Assembly (NCBI GenBank): GCA_963744995.1
Contig: CAVUWA010000009.1
Location: 448,001 to 512,000 of the forward strand
Direction of reading: 5' to 3'
Origin: Candidatus Eiseniibacteriota bacterium
GTDB lineage: Bacteria; Eisenbacteria; RBG-16-71-46
Length of the DNA: 64,000 bases
Positions 34,849 to 45,542 of the stretch are shown in pieces (positions within the stretch are counted from its first letter, which is position 1; the number at the start of each line of letters is the position of its first letter). A program made the position numbers and the translations under genes. The notes below the pieces were generated by a model. The model was not told the DNA's origin and searched no databases. It saw nothing but the letters and a program-made list of their open reading frames with translations.

Positions 34849-37128
34849 ATGTCCCTTCTCGCGCACGCATCGCCCGCCGCGCTGGCGACGCTGTTCGCCG
34901 CCGCGGTTGCAGGTCTTCCCGCGGGTGTTCAGGTCGCTGAAGCCGACATGGCGCCCGGCGGGAAGACGCCGCTCCACATCACGCGCATCGACACGCCGAT
35001 CACCATCGATGGCAGCCTCTCGGATCCGGGCTGGCAGGGCCTCACCCCGATCACCCGCTGGTACGAGACGAATGTCGGTGACAACGTCGAACCCCAGGTG
35101 AAGAACGAAGGCTGGCTCGCCTACGACGAGCGCTATCTGTACGCGGGCTTCCGCTTCCATGATCCGCACCCGGAGTTGATCCGCGCCCCGATCGCCGACC
35201 GGGATCAGCTCTCCGGGAACACCGATTACGGCGGCGTGATCATCGACAGCCGCCACGACGGCAAGAGCGCGATCCTGTTCCTCGCCAACCCCAACGGGCT
35301 GCTCTACGACGCGGTGTCCAACGACGCGTCGGGGGAGGACAGCTCGCCCGATTACTACTGGGAAGCGGCCGGGAAGATCACCGCTGACGGCTGGACCCTC
35401 GAGATCCGGATCCCGTTCTCGTCGCTGCGCTACGGCAGCGACCCCGCGCCGGAGATGGGCATCATGCTGTACCGCAACTATCCGCGCGATCGTCGCTACC
35501 AGTTCTTCACCAACCGCCTGCCGCGCGACGTCAGCTGTTTCATCTGCAATTCGTCGCCGCTGCTCGGGCTCGCCGACCTGCCGCACGGCTCGCACCTGGT
35601 GGTCGCACCGTATGTCACCGCGCAGCGCTCGGACGCGGCGAGCGACGGGCTCGGCCGGCCGCTGGTGCAAGGCGACTTCGACAGGGAGGCGGGTGTCGAC
35701 GCCAAGTGGAGCCCGTTCGCGAACCTCGCCATCGATGGCACGTTCAACCCGGACTTTTCGCAGGTCGAGGCCGACGCCGCACAGATCGGCGCGAACGAGC
35801 GCTTCGCGCTGTTCTATCCCGAAAAGCGTTCGTTCTTCCTCGAGGGCATCGATCTGTTCTCGACGCCGATGCAGGCCGTGTACACGCGCAGCGTGACGGC
35901 GCCGGACGCCGGGGTCCGCACGACGGGCCAGTTCGGCAGGACCACGTTCACCGCTCTCGTGACGCGGGACAAGGGCGGCGGAAGCGTGATCCTGCCGGGG
36001 CCCCAGGAATCGGACGTGGCCCCGCAGGACTTCGAATCCGACGTCGGCATCTTCCGCGCCCGCCACGACCTGGGCCGCTCGTTCGTGAGCGTGCTCGCCA
36101 CCGGCCGCCGGATCGACGGCGGCGGACACAATGCGGTCTTCGGGCCGGACTTCCAGTGGCGTCCGGGCAGCTCCGACGCGATCACCGGTCAGGCCCTGTT
36201 CAGCAGCAGCCGGACGCCCGACCGCACCGATCTCAGCGAACGGTGGGACGGCCGCACACTCGACGACCACGCCCTGCACCTCGAGTGGTCGCACGGCACC
36301 AGCACCGTGGACTGGTACCTCCAGGGCAAGGACATCGGGCCCGACTTCCGTGCCGACGAGGGCTTCATCCCGCAGGTCGGCTACCGCGAAGCGCTGGGCG
36401 AAATCGGCTACACCGTACACCCGAAGGACGGGTTCCTGTCGCGGATCCGCACGTTCACGAGCAACTGGTACGACGCCGATTTCGAGGGCAGGCCGCTCAG
36501 CAGCCGGGTTTCGCTCGGCGCCGGGATGGACGGACGCTGGAGCAGCTTCTTCCGCGTGGAGCTCAATCAGGACCGGCTGCGCGTGGGAGAGGCCTGGTTC
36601 ACACGTTTCCGGCCCTACGTCATCGTACAGGCGAGCCCGGGGCGGGTCTTCAACTCGGTCTCGGTCGAAGCCTACGTCGGCCAGGAGATCGACTTCGCCA
36701 ACGCGCGGCGGGGCAGCGGCACGACGCTGATCGGCTCGATGACGCTGCGTCCCAATGACCACCTCGAGATCTACGGCAATGCCAGCGGCCGCTGGCTCGA
36801 CGTGGACGACGCGAGCGGCGCGCGCGGCCGCCTGTTCACCGCGCAGGTCGAGCGGTTGCGCGGCACCTGGTCGTTCAGCGCGCGCTCGTTCCTGCGACTC
36901 ATCGGGCAATACGAGCAGACCGTCCGCGACACGTCGCGCTACACGTTCACGGTCGAGCGCAAGGAGGCGAGCTTCAGTGCGTCCGCGCTGTTCGCATACA
37001 AGCTGAACTGGCAGACGGTGTGCTACGTCGGCTACGGGGACGAGCGCACCTACGCCACCGCGAACCGGCGGCTGGAGCAGAGCGGGCGCGGAGCTTTCGT
37101 GAAGCTGTCCTACGCGCTGCAGCGCTGA
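34849..37128 (+). CDS. Carbohydrate-binding family 9 / DUF5916 outer-membrane protein
   Basis: ITIDGSLSDPGW, WTLEIRIPFSSLRY, NPDFSQVEAD, YPEKRSFFLEG and terminal FVKLSY. Confidence 0.85.
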   Translation: MSLLAHASPAALATLFAAAVAGLPAGVQVAEADMAPGGKTPLHITRIDTPITIDGSLSDPGWQGLTPITRWYETNVGDNVEPQVKNEGWLAYDERYLYAGFRFHDPHPELIRAPIADRDQLSGNTDYGGVIIDSRHDGKSAILFLANPNGLLYDAVSNDASGEDSSPDYYWEAAGKITADGWTLEIRIPFSSLRYGSDPAPEMGIMLYRNYPRDRRYQFFTNRLPRDVSCFICNSSPLLGLADLPHGSHLVVAPYVTAQRSDAASDGLGRPLVQGDFDREAGVDAKWSPFANLAIDGTFNPDFSQVEADAAQIGANERFALFYPEKRSFFLEGIDLFSTPMQAVYTRSVTAPDAGVRTTGQFGRTTFTALVTRDKGGGSVILPGPQESDVAPQDFESDVGIFRARHDLGRSFVSVLATGRRIDGGGHNAVFGPDFQWRPGSSDAITGQALFSSSRTPDRTDLSERWDGRTLDDHALHLEWSHGTSTVDWYLQGKDIGPDFRADEGFIPQVGYREALGEIGYTVHPKDGFLSRIRTFTSNWYDADFEGRPLSSRVSLGAGMDGRWSSFFRVELNQDRLRVGEAWFTRFRPYVIVQASPGRVFNSVSVEAYVGQEIDFANARRGSGTTLIGSMTLRPNDHLEIYGNASGRWLDVDDASGARGRLFTAQVERLRGTWSFSARSFLRLIGQYEQTVRDTSRYTFTVERKEASFSASALFAYKLNWQTVCYVGYGDERTYATANRRLEQSGRGAFVKLSYALQR

Positions 37129-37223
37129 ACCGCCCGACCCGCGCGGCCATCAGGGCATGCGGCCCCGCGGAGCGCATCACTTCGGGCGGCCGCGCCGCCT
37201 TCCGGCCGGCCGCCCCGGACGTG

Positions 37224-38129
37224 TCACTCGCGTTCGATGAAGGTGCCCTGCTCGAGTTCTTCGTAGGCGCGTTGCAGCTCCGCGCGCGTATTCATGACGA
37301 TCGGGCCGTACCACGCGACCGGCTCCTCGATCGGACGCCCCGAGACGAGCAGGAAGCGGATGCCCCGTTCGCCGGCCTGGACCACGACCTCGTCACCGGA
37401 ATCGAACAGGATGAGCGAACGGTCGCCGGCCCGCTCGCGCACCACGTGCTCGACCGGACCGGGCTGGTCGGTGAGCACACCCTGCGGCGCCGACGCGTCG
37501 CGGAACGAGCCGTCACCCTCGAAGACGTAGGCGAACGCGTTGCGCCGGGTGTCGACCGAAAGGGTCTTCCTCTTCCCGGGCGGTACGCTCACGTCGAGGT
37601 AGCTCGGATCCGCCGCGATACCCTCCACCGGCCCGCGACGGCCCCAGAACTCCCCGCACACGATGCGCACCCGCGTCGCGTCATCGTCGACGACCTCCGG
37701 GATGTCCTGCGCGCTCACATCCTGATATCGCGGCCGGGTCATCTTCAGCGAAGAGGGCAGGTTGGCCCACAGCTGAAAGCCGTGCATGCGGCCCCGCTCG
37801 TCGCCCTGCGGCATTTCCTGATGCAGGATCCCACGCCCCGCGGTCATCCATTGCACGTCACCGGCGCCGAGCGCCCCGGTATTGCCGAGGCTGTCGCCGT
37901 GCGCCACGGTTCCGGCCAGCACGTAGGTGATCGTCTCGATGCCGCGGTGCGGATGCCACGGGAACCCCTTGATGTAGTCCTCGGGGCGCTCGTTGCGGAA
38001 GTCGTCGAACAGCAGGAACGGGTCGGTCTCGCCGGTGTCGCCGAAACCGAAGGCGCGTCGCAGGTGGACGCCGGCCCCTTCGAGCGTGGGCTTCGCCTGC
38101 TCGATGCGTTTGACGGCACGGATGGACAT
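37224..38129 (-). CDS. Pirin family protein
   Basis: DPFLLFD, GFPWHPHRGIETITY, QWMTAGRGILHQE and GPIVMNT. Confidence 0.93.
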   Translation of the reverse strand: MSIRAVKRIEQAKPTLEGAGVHLRRAFGFGDTGETDPFLLFDDFRNERPEDYIKGFPWHPHRGIETITYVLAGTVAHGDSLGNTGALGAGDVQWMTAGRGILHQEMPQGDERGRMHGFQLWANLPSSLKMTRPRYQDVSAQDIPEVVDDDATRVRIVCGEFWGRRGPVEGIAADPSYLDVSVPPGKRKTLSVDTRRNAFAYVFEGDGSFRDASAPQGVLTDQPGPVEHVVRERAGDRSLILFDSGDEVVVQAGERGIRFLLVSGRPIEEPVAWYGPIVMNTRAELQRAYEELEQGTFIERE

Positions 38130-38259
38130 GGTGTGGCTCCCGGAGAACGGGGACCCGCGACGGCGGGTGCGCACGGCCGAACGCGACCACGCTAGCGCGG
38201 CTGTCAAGCGGGGGAACACGCCGGTCCCGGGGCGCCGGGACGAATGCGGGCGGCGGGCC

Positions 38260-38886
38260 TCAGTGGATCGCGCGCGCCGCGCGCTCGATCCACTGCAGGG
38301 TGTAGTCGGCCCCGCCGAAGCCACGTGTCGACTGCGAGCGCCCGCTCGCCGGATCGAAGACGACCAGGGTCGGGAACGCGTCCACGCCATAACGGCGCTG
38401 AAGTGCCTCGACGTCGGGCGGGTTGCGTCCCTCCTCGCGTGTGCGGTCCACGATCGACACCGGAATCACCGCGGCGCGCACCCGCTCACCGCGCTTCCAG
38501 TCGTCGAACACGTCATGCTTCATCATGCGGCACGGTCCGCACCACTCGGCATTGAAGTCGATCATGACCGGCTTCCCCGTCGTCCGTGAACGCGCGATTG
38601 CGTCGTCGAGCGTGGTCCAGTCGGACATCACGGCCGGTGTGGCGGCCGCGGGCGGGGCGGGGGCGGGAGCGGGTCCGGCGCGCCGTGCACGGTAGGCCGC
38701 CGCGCGCGCGCGGATCGCCTGCACACGGCCGTCGCCCGCCGTCCGCACGATCGGCGCGTTCGTGACCGGGGCGGGCGGTGTGCCGCCCCCGGACCATTGG
38801 CCGATCGCCCAGCCCGCGCCGCCGAGCAGCGGCAGGGCCACGAGCCACGCCCAGGGTGCGGCGCGATGCGGACGGGGATCGGACAT
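38260..38886 (-). CDS. Membrane-anchored thioredoxin family protein
   Basis: N-terminal TM segment, DFNAEWCGPC and cis-Pro motif FPT. Confidence 0.85.
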   Translation of the reverse strand: MSDPRPHRAAPWAWLVALPLLGGAGWAIGQWSGGGTPPAPVTNAPIVRTAGDGRVQAIRARAAAYRARRAGPAPAPAPPAAATPAVMSDWTTLDDAIARSRTTGKPVMIDFNAEWCGPCRMMKHDVFDDWKRGERVRAAVIPVSIVDRTREEGRNPPDVEALQRRYGVDAFPTLVVFDPASGRSQSTRGFGGADYTLQWIERAARAIH

Positions 38887-39066
38887 GGGTCTCCTCGACG
38901 CGGCGCGGAGCCGCCGCGATCTCCATCCGGTCATCGGCAGGCCGCCACGGCGTGGCGAGGGCTTTCCGCAGATTCGCCGCGCCGTCCCGCGGGCGGATTC
39001 GGCCCGCAAGCGCAGCGGCGGCTCCGCACCGTGGCGAAGCCGCCGCAGAAGGGGCGAACCGGGAGA

Positions 39067-39828
39067 TCAGGGTTTGGACTGGGTGCCCGAGATCGCCCGC
39101 ACGTAACTGATCAGGCTCTTGATCTGCGCCGGGGTCAGCGTCACGTTCCAGGCCGGCATGAAGGTGGACTTGCCGGCGTGACCGCCACCGAGCGCGATCG
39201 TCTCGTACAACTGCTGGTCGCTCTTGCCGCTGAAATAGGCGGTCTCGGTCAGGTTGCGCGGGCGAATGCCGTTGCGCATGTAGAGCGTGTCCGCATAGAA
39301 ACCGTTGCCCTTGCCTTCCGGACCGTGACAGATCGAGCAGTAGGTCACGTACAGCAGGCGGCCGTCGGCCGCGCTTCCGGGTGGCGCCGCCAGGTAGTCC
39401 TCGGTCGTCTGCCGCGGCGTCTCGGGACGCTTGCCCGGCAGGGTCATGACGTACTCGGCGATGTCGTCGATCAGCGTGGAGTCGAGCTGCGCGCCCCAGG
39501 CCGGCATCAGGTTCGAGCGACCGGTGTGCAGCCCGCCTTCGCGGATCACCCGCTTCACCTCGTCGATCCCCATCGCCTTGATCTTGTCCGCGTCCAGATG
39601 CGCGGGCACCGTGGCGCCTTCTTCGGCGAGCGCGGCCGCCAGCGGACCGTTCCCCGCGCCCATCGGGCCGTGACACATGGCGCAGGAGGCGAGGTAGCCC
39701 TGCTCGCCACGGCTGATCTCGGCCGTCGCCGTGCTCTCCGGTTTCCGCTGTGCGCACGAGGCGGCGATCCCGGCCACGAGCAGCAGCAGGACCGCCAGCG
39801 GATGAATTCGGATCTCGAAACGTTCCAC
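39067..39828 (-). CDS. Diheme c-type cytochrome lipoprotein
   Basis: GGAGG SD with GTG start, lipobox AASC, CAMCH and CSICH, each followed by MPAW. Confidence 0.88.
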   Translation of the reverse strand: MERFEIRIHPLAVLLLLVAGIAASCAQRKPESTATAEISRGEQGYLASCAMCHGPMGAGNGPLAAALAEEGATVPAHLDADKIKAMGIDEVKRVIREGGLHTGRSNLMPAWGAQLDSTLIDDIAEYVMTLPGKRPETPRQTTEDYLAAPPGSAADGRLLYVTYCSICHGPEGKGNGFYADTLYMRNGIRPRNLTETAYFSGKSDQQLYETIALGGGHAGKSTFMPAWNVTLTPAQIKSLISYVRAISGTQSKP

Positions 39829-40219
39829 GCAGCCTCCCTTCCGCGCCCGCGACCGATCCCGCCTCGTCCCGCTCCACCGGCCCGCCCCGCGGGCGCGCGG
39901 CGGCCGGTTGGGTCGTGGGTGGGCACCGAACGTGCCGGAATCGTGTTTCGCGAACATAGCACTGTAGCGACATGCCCCGCAAAGCGTTGGACGGTCGTGC
40001 CGGTGCCGTGCCGCGCCCCGGGGAACCCGCGGCGCGCCGCGCCGGCGGCGGACGGGCCAGGCCGCCGGGCGCCGCAGCGGATGGCCGGAAACGCCGGCCC
40101 GCGCGCGATTTTTCCCCATCGGCCCGGCTCCCTTATCATGGGAATCGACGCGACGCCGGGTGCATCCTATGTCGTGTCCTGAAGCAGATTGCCGTTCCGG
40201 CGCCCGCGCCGGTATCCCC

Positions 40220-40281
40220 GAGTCCTCCGTCTGTAATGGAGCGCGTCCTCCCCGTGGAAGGGCGCCGCAGACGGAGGACTC
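40220..40281 (+). promoter_or_regulatory. Long hairpin in the leader of the RND operon
   Basis: Perfect 14-bp inverted repeat GAGTCCTCCGTCTG (40220-40233) / CAGACGGAGGACTC (40268-40281). Confidence 0.5.
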
Positions 40282-40317
40282 AGGCCGTCTCTTACGAAAG
40301 TTCCGGAGCACTCCCCG

Positions 40318-41439
40318 ATGAAGAAACGTCTACTCATCACGGCGGGGATCATCGTCGTCTTCGTCGCCATTCTCGGGTTCATCAAGTTCCAGCAGATCCA
40401 GGCCGCGATCGCTTCCGGCTCGTCGTATCAGCCGCCGCCCGAGGCCGTGACCACGATCGTCGCGAAGATCCAGGACTGGCCCGCCACGGTCGAGGCGGTG
40501 GGCAGCGTGGCCCCCGTGCAGGGCGTCATGCTGAGCGCCGATCTCGCCGGCGTCGTGGATCGGATCGAGTTCACGTCGGGCGCCCGCGTGAAGGCGGGGC
40601 AGACGCTGGTGCAGCTCGATACGCGACAGGAGCGCGCCCAGCTCGCGTCTGCGGAAGCGGCGCTCCAGCTGGCGCAGACCGATTTCGACCGCGCCGAGTC
40701 GCTGCGCGCCGACAAGCTCATCGCCCAGGCCGACTACGACCAGTCGCAGGCCCGCTTCAAGCAGGCCGAGGCCGCGGTCGCCGAGATCAAGGCGATGATC
40801 GACCGCAAGACGATCGTGGCGCCGTTCTCGGGCGTGGCCGGCATTCGTCAGGTGAACCTCGGCCAGTACGTCCACAGCGGCGACCCCATCGTGCCGCTCC
40901 AGTCGGAATCGCCGATCTACGTCGACTTCTCGGTGCCACAGCAGGAGGTCGCCCGGCTGCACGTGGGCGCGACCGTTCGTGCCCGTGCCGACAGCGGCGT
41001 CGTCGCGACCGGGCGGGTGAGCGCCATCAATCCGGTGGTCGACCAGAACACCCGCAACGTCAAGGTGCAGGCAACGTTCCGCAACGAACACCGCCGGCTG
41101 CAGCCGGGCGCCTATGTGAGCGTCGTGGTCGAGACCGGCAGGCGGACGCCGCTCATCGGGCTGCCGACCTCCGCGATCAATTACGCGCCCTACGGCAATT
41201 CGGTGTTCATCGTCGACAGCCTGAAGTCCGACAAGGGTCAGAGCTACCTGGGCGTGCGCCAGCAGTTCGTGAAGCTGGGCAACTCGCGCGGCGACCGGGT
41301 CGCGGTCCTGAGCGGCGTCTCGGCCGGTGACGAGGTGGTGACCTCCGGCGTCTTCAAGCTGCGCCCCTCGGCAGCGGTGAAGGTCAATAACGAGGTCCAG
41401 CCCGAGAACAGCCTCAACCCCGAGCCGCAGGACAACTGA
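40318..41439 (+). CDS. RND efflux periplasmic adaptor (MFP)
   Basis: N-terminal anchor, VKAGQTLVQLD, IVAPFSGVAG and GDEVVTSG. Confidence 0.93.
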   Translation: MKKRLLITAGIIVVFVAILGFIKFQQIQAAIASGSSYQPPPEAVTTIVAKIQDWPATVEAVGSVAPVQGVMLSADLAGVVDRIEFTSGARVKAGQTLVQLDTRQERAQLASAEAALQLAQTDFDRAESLRADKLIAQADYDQSQARFKQAEAAVAEIKAMIDRKTIVAPFSGVAGIRQVNLGQYVHSGDPIVPLQSESPIYVDFSVPQQEVARLHVGATVRARADSGVVATGRVSAINPVVDQNTRNVKVQATFRNEHRRLQPGAYVSVVVETGRRTPLIGLPTSAINYAPYGNSVFIVDSLKSDKGQSYLGVRQQFVKLGNSRGDRVAVLSGVSAGDEVVTSGVFKLRPSAAVKVNNEVQPENSLNPEPQDN

Positions 41440-44400
41440 TGAAGTTTACGGACATCTTCATCCGCCGGCCGGTTCTTGCGATCGTCGTCAACCTGATCAT
41501 CGTGATCGGCGGCATCCAGTCGATCCGTACGCTGAGCGTCCGCCAGTTCCCGCGCACCGACGTCTCGGTGGTGACGGTCACCACCGCCTACATCGGCGCC
41601 AACGCCGATCTGGTGCGGGGCTTCATCACCTCGCCGCTCGAGCGCGTCATCGCCAGCGCCGAAGGGATCGACTACCTCGAGTCGTCCAGCGCACAGGGCG
41701 TGAGCACGATCAGCGCCCATCTCAAGCTCAACTACGACGTCAACGACGCGCTCACCCAGATCCAGGCCAAAGTCGCTGAAGTCCGCAACCAGCTGCCGCC
41801 GGAAGCCGAAGCCCCGGTCATCCAGGTGCAGACCGCCGACGCGCGGTTCGCCGCCATGTACATCGGATTCTCCTCCGCCGACCTCGATCAGAGCCAGATC
41901 AGCGACTACCTCACGCGCGTGGTGCAGCCGCGGCTGAGCTCGATCAGCGGCGTGCAGCGCGCCGACATCCTGGGCGGCTCGGACTTCGCCATGCGGATCT
42001 GGCTGAAGCCCGACCAGATGGCGGCGCACGGGCTGTCGCCGGCGGAGGTGCGCAGCGCCCTCGCGCGCAACAACTACCTGTCCGCACTCGGCCGCACCAA
42101 GGGCTCGATGGTGTCGGTCAATCTGGTCGCGAACACCGACCTCAAGACCGCCGAGGACTTCAAGAACCTGGTGGTCAAGCATGAGGACGGCAACATCGTC
42201 CGGCTCGGCGATGTCGCGGACGTCGTGCTCGGCTCGGAGAGCTACGACACCGAGGTGCGCTTCAACGGCCAGACGGCGACCTTCATGGGCATCTACGTCC
42301 TGCCGACCGCGAACTCGCTGGAGGTCATCCGCCACGTCCGCGAGGCCGTGCACGAGCTCGAGGGCCAGCTGCCGGTCGGGATGAAAGCGGGGATTCCCTA
42401 CGACTCGACGGTGTACATCGAGGATTCGATCCATGAGGTGCTGAAGACCCTCACCGAGACGCTGCTGATCGTGATCCTGGTGATCTTCCTGTTCCTCGGC
42501 TCGGTCCGGGGCCTGATCATTCCGGTGATCGCGATCCCGATCTCGCTGATCGGCGCCGTGTTCATCATGTCGATCGCAGGATTCACCATCAATCTGCTCA
42601 CGCTGCTGGCGATCGTGTTGTCGGTCGGACTCGTGGTGGACGACGCCATCGTCATGGTCGAAAACGTCGAACGCCACATCCACGAGGGCGAGCCGCCGCT
42701 GATCGCCGCGCTGCATGCGGCGCGCGAGCTGGTCGGTCCGATCATCGCGATGACGATCACGCTCGCCGCGGTCTATACGCCGGTCGCGATCCAGGGCGGC
42801 CTCACCGGCGCCCTGTTCCGGGAGTTCGCGCTCACGCTCGCCGGCGCGGTCTTCATCTCGGGCATCGTGGCGCTCACCCTGACGCCGATGATGGGGTCGA
42901 AGATGCTTCGCTCCGGCGACAGCGAGCGCGGATTCGCCGGCCACATCAACCGGCAGTTCGATCGCCTCCGCGCCTTCTACGCGCGCATCCTGCACGGGTC
43001 GCTCAACAACCGACCGATCGTGCTGATCGTCTGGGGCGTCGTGGTTCTGCTGATGATCCCGTTCTACATGTTCACGCAGCGCGAGCTGGCGCCGCGCGAG
43101 GATCAGAGCGTGATCTTCGGCATCGTGCAGGCGGCGCCGAACGCGACACTCGACCAGACCAGGCTGTTCGCGTCACAGATCTACGACGTCTACCACTCGA
43201 TCCCCGAGACCAAGAACATCTTCCAGATCACGTTCCCGAGCGGCGGATTCGCCGGGATGGTGACCAAGCCCTGGACCGAACGGAACAGGAGCACGTCCGA
43301 TCTGCAGGTCGCGGTCTCGCAGAAGTTCTCGCAGATCCCGGGCATCCGCGCGATCGCCGTGACGCCGCCTGCGCTGCCGGGCGGCAGCAGCTTTCCGGTG
43401 GATTTCGTGATCGCTTCGACGGCCGAGCCCGAGCAGCTGCTCGGCATCGCCAACGAGCTGGTGAAGCGCGCCTATGCCAGCGGCATGTTCATGTTCGTCG
43501 ACACCGACCTGAAGTTCGATCAGCCGCAGGCGGAGGTCGTGCTCGATCGCGACAAGGTGCGCTCGATCGGCGCCGACATGACCACGGTGGGGCAGGACCT
43601 CTCCACGATGGTGGGCGGCAACTTCGTGAACCGGTTCAGTATTCAGGGACGCAGCTACAAGGTCATCCCGCAGATCAAGCGCGCCGACCGCCTGACGCCC
43701 GAGCAGCTGCTCGACGTCTACGTTTCGGGGCCCAACGGCAAGCTGGTGCCGCTCTCGACGTTCGCTCACATCGAGACGAGCACGAAGCCGCGCGAGCTCA
43801 AGCGCTTCCAGCAGCTCAATGCGGTCCGCATCCAGGCGGTGATCCCGCCGCCGGTCGCGCTCGAGGATGCACTCAACTATCTGGAGACGCAGGCGAAAGA
43901 GATCCTGCCGCGCGGCTACTCGATCGACTACGCCGGCGAATCCCGGCAGCTGCGCACCGAGGGCGGCAAGTTCCTCGGCATCTTCATGCTGTCGGCGATC
44001 CTGATCTTCCTGGTGCTGGCGGCGCAGTTCGAGAGCTTTCGCGATCCTTTCGTGATCCTGGCGGGGTCGGCGCCGCTGGCGGTGTCGGGCGCGCTGATGT
44101 TCATGTTCCTCGGCTTCACGTCGCTCAACATCTACAGCCAGGTCGGACTCATCACCCTCGTGGGGCTGGTGTCCAAGAACGGCATTCTGATCGTCGAGTT
44201 CGCGAACCATCTGCAGGAACACGGGCTCGACAAGGCGCGCGCGGTGATCGAGGCGGCCGCCACCCGATTGCGGCCGATTCTGATGACGACCGCCGCGACC
44301 GTGTTCGGGCACACGCCGCTGATCTTCGCGCACGGCCCGGGCGCCGCGGCACGGAACAGCATCGGTATCACGATCGTCACCGGCATGATCATCGGCTCCA

Positions 44401-44525
44401 TCTTCACGCTGTTCGTCGTCCCCGCGATCTACACCGTCGTGGCGAAGGAGCATGAGGCCGAAGTCGATCCCGAAGCGGCCGAGGCGCGCAGGGCCGCCAG
44501 CGCGGGCGAGGCGGCGCCGGCCTGA
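41439..44525 (+). CDS. RND efflux permease (HAE1, MexW/MexI-like)
   Basis: FIRRPVLA, GLVVDDAIVMVEN, KNGILIVEFAN and RLRPILMTT. Confidence 0.95.
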   Translation: MKFTDIFIRRPVLAIVVNLIIVIGGIQSIRTLSVRQFPRTDVSVVTVTTAYIGANADLVRGFITSPLERVIASAEGIDYLESSSAQGVSTISAHLKLNYDVNDALTQIQAKVAEVRNQLPPEAEAPVIQVQTADARFAAMYIGFSSADLDQSQISDYLTRVVQPRLSSISGVQRADILGGSDFAMRIWLKPDQMAAHGLSPAEVRSALARNNYLSALGRTKGSMVSVNLVANTDLKTAEDFKNLVVKHEDGNIVRLGDVADVVLGSESYDTEVRFNGQTATFMGIYVLPTANSLEVIRHVREAVHELEGQLPVGMKAGIPYDSTVYIEDSIHEVLKTLTETLLIVILVIFLFLGSVRGLIIPVIAIPISLIGAVFIMSIAGFTINLLTLLAIVLSVGLVVDDAIVMVENVERHIHEGEPPLIAALHAARELVGPIIAMTITLAAVYTPVAIQGGLTGALFREFALTLAGAVFISGIVALTLTPMMGSKMLRSGDSERGFAGHINRQFDRLRAFYARILHGSLNNRPIVLIVWGVVVLLMIPFYMFTQRELAPREDQSVIFGIVQAAPNATLDQTRLFASQIYDVYHSIPETKNIFQITFPSGGFAGMVTKPWTERNRSTSDLQVAVSQKFSQIPGIRAIAVTPPALPGGSSFPVDFVIASTAEPEQLLGIANELVKRAYASGMFMFVDTDLKFDQPQAEVVLDRDKVRSIGADMTTVGQDLSTMVGGNFVNRFSIQGRSYKVIPQIKRADRLTPEQLLDVYVSGPNGKLVPLSTFAHIETSTKPRELKRFQQLNAVRIQAVIPPPVALEDALNYLETQAKEILPRGYSIDYAGESRQLRTEGGKFLGIFMLSAILIFLVLAAQFESFRDPFVILAGSAPLAVSGALMFMFLGFTSLNIYSQVGLITLVGLVSKNGILIVEFANHLQEHGLDKARAVIEAAATRLRPILMTTAATVFGHTPLIFAHGPGAAARNSIGITIVTGMIIGSIFTLFVVPAIYTVVAKEHEAEVDPEAAEARRAASAGEAAPA

Positions 44526-44589
44526 TCCGGCGCGGTCTGCGGCGGGTGGAGCCGGTGCGGCCGGCTCCCGTGCCCCGCTGCGCCGGCCG

Positions 44590-44754
44590 CTGATCCAGGC
44601 CGGGTCGAAGGAAGCGGCGCTCGAGTGGGCGAAGCGGGTCCCCTTCGTCGACGGTGAGATCGAGATCCGCCAGCTGTTCGAGCTCGACGACTTCGCCCAG
44701 GGCGATGCGGTCGAGCTGCACAGGAAACATCGGGACGAGCTCTCGAAAAAGTAG
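44590..44754 (+). pseudogene. C-terminal remnant of a YciI/DGPF family gene
   Basis: LIQAGSKEAALEWAKRVP...EIEIRQLFELDDF, with no matching N-terminal half or start. Confidence 0.65.
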
Positions 44755-44827
44755 TGCGCCCGGCCGGGGCCGCCCGTTCCCGGAGGCGGGCGACCACCCA
44801 CCGGCCGGAGCGCGGGAGAGGTGTGCC

Positions 44828-45295
44828 ATGAAGCGTCCGGACTTCATCACGCGCGGCCGGCGGGCGGCCGGAGTCATCCTGCTGGCCTGCGTCTGCGGCT
44901 GCGCGGCCTACGGCGGCGGCTACGGAGGCGGCGGGGCCGCCGCCCCGTCGCAGCCGCTGACCCTGATCGGCACGACGTGGCGCATGACCGAGATCGACGG
45001 CCGGCAGGTCGATGCGCCGGAGAAGACCTCGCTCACGTTCGAAGAGGAGGGGCACGTCGTCGGCGTGACGGGCTGCAACCGCTTCGCCGGTTCGGCCGCC
45101 ATCGACGGCGCGTCTTTGTCGTTCTCGCCGCTCGCCGGAACGCGCATGGCCTGTGAGGCGTCCCTCATGCAGCAGGAGCAGCGCTTCTACGACGCCGCCG
45201 GCCAGGTCAGCCGCTTCTCGATCGACGCGAGCGGACGGATGCATCTGCTCGACGCCGCCGGAACGACCCGGGTGCTGCTGGAACGCGCCCCATGA
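44828..45295 (+). CDS. META domain (HslJ-like) lipoprotein
   Basis: Lipobox, LIGTTWRMTEIDG, GCNRF and TRMAC. Confidence 0.88.
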   Translation: MKRPDFITRGRRAAGVILLACVCGCAAYGGGYGGGGAAAPSQPLTLIGTTWRMTEIDGRQVDAPEKTSLTFEEEGHVVGVTGCNRFAGSAAIDGASLSFSPLAGTRMACEASLMQQEQRFYDAAGQVSRFSIDASGRMHLLDAAGTTRVLLERAP

Positions 45296-45323
45296 GTCGC
45301 CTGCGGCGCGACGCGGCACGCGG

Positions 45324-45542
45324 TCAGGCTGCTGGAGCCGCGCACCGCCCGGACGCTCGGTCGATGCGCACGAGCGGCACCGCCCGCACCTCGCCGGCCT
45401 GTTCCAGCACGGCGTAGCAGACGCCGGGGGCCACGCGCCGGCCGCGCGGGTCGAGGCCGTTCCAGGACGCCGTGTGGCGCCCGGGCGTCCGCCCTCGGTC
45501 GACCCGCGTGGCGAGGCGGCGCCCGCCGATGTCGAGCACCAT
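45324..45542 (-). pseudogene. Isolated FlgD-Ig / T9SS-type C-terminal domain remnant
   Basis: VLDIGGRRLATRVD...GRHTASWNGLDPRGRRVAPGVCYAVL, with no signal peptide or passenger domain. Confidence 0.55.
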
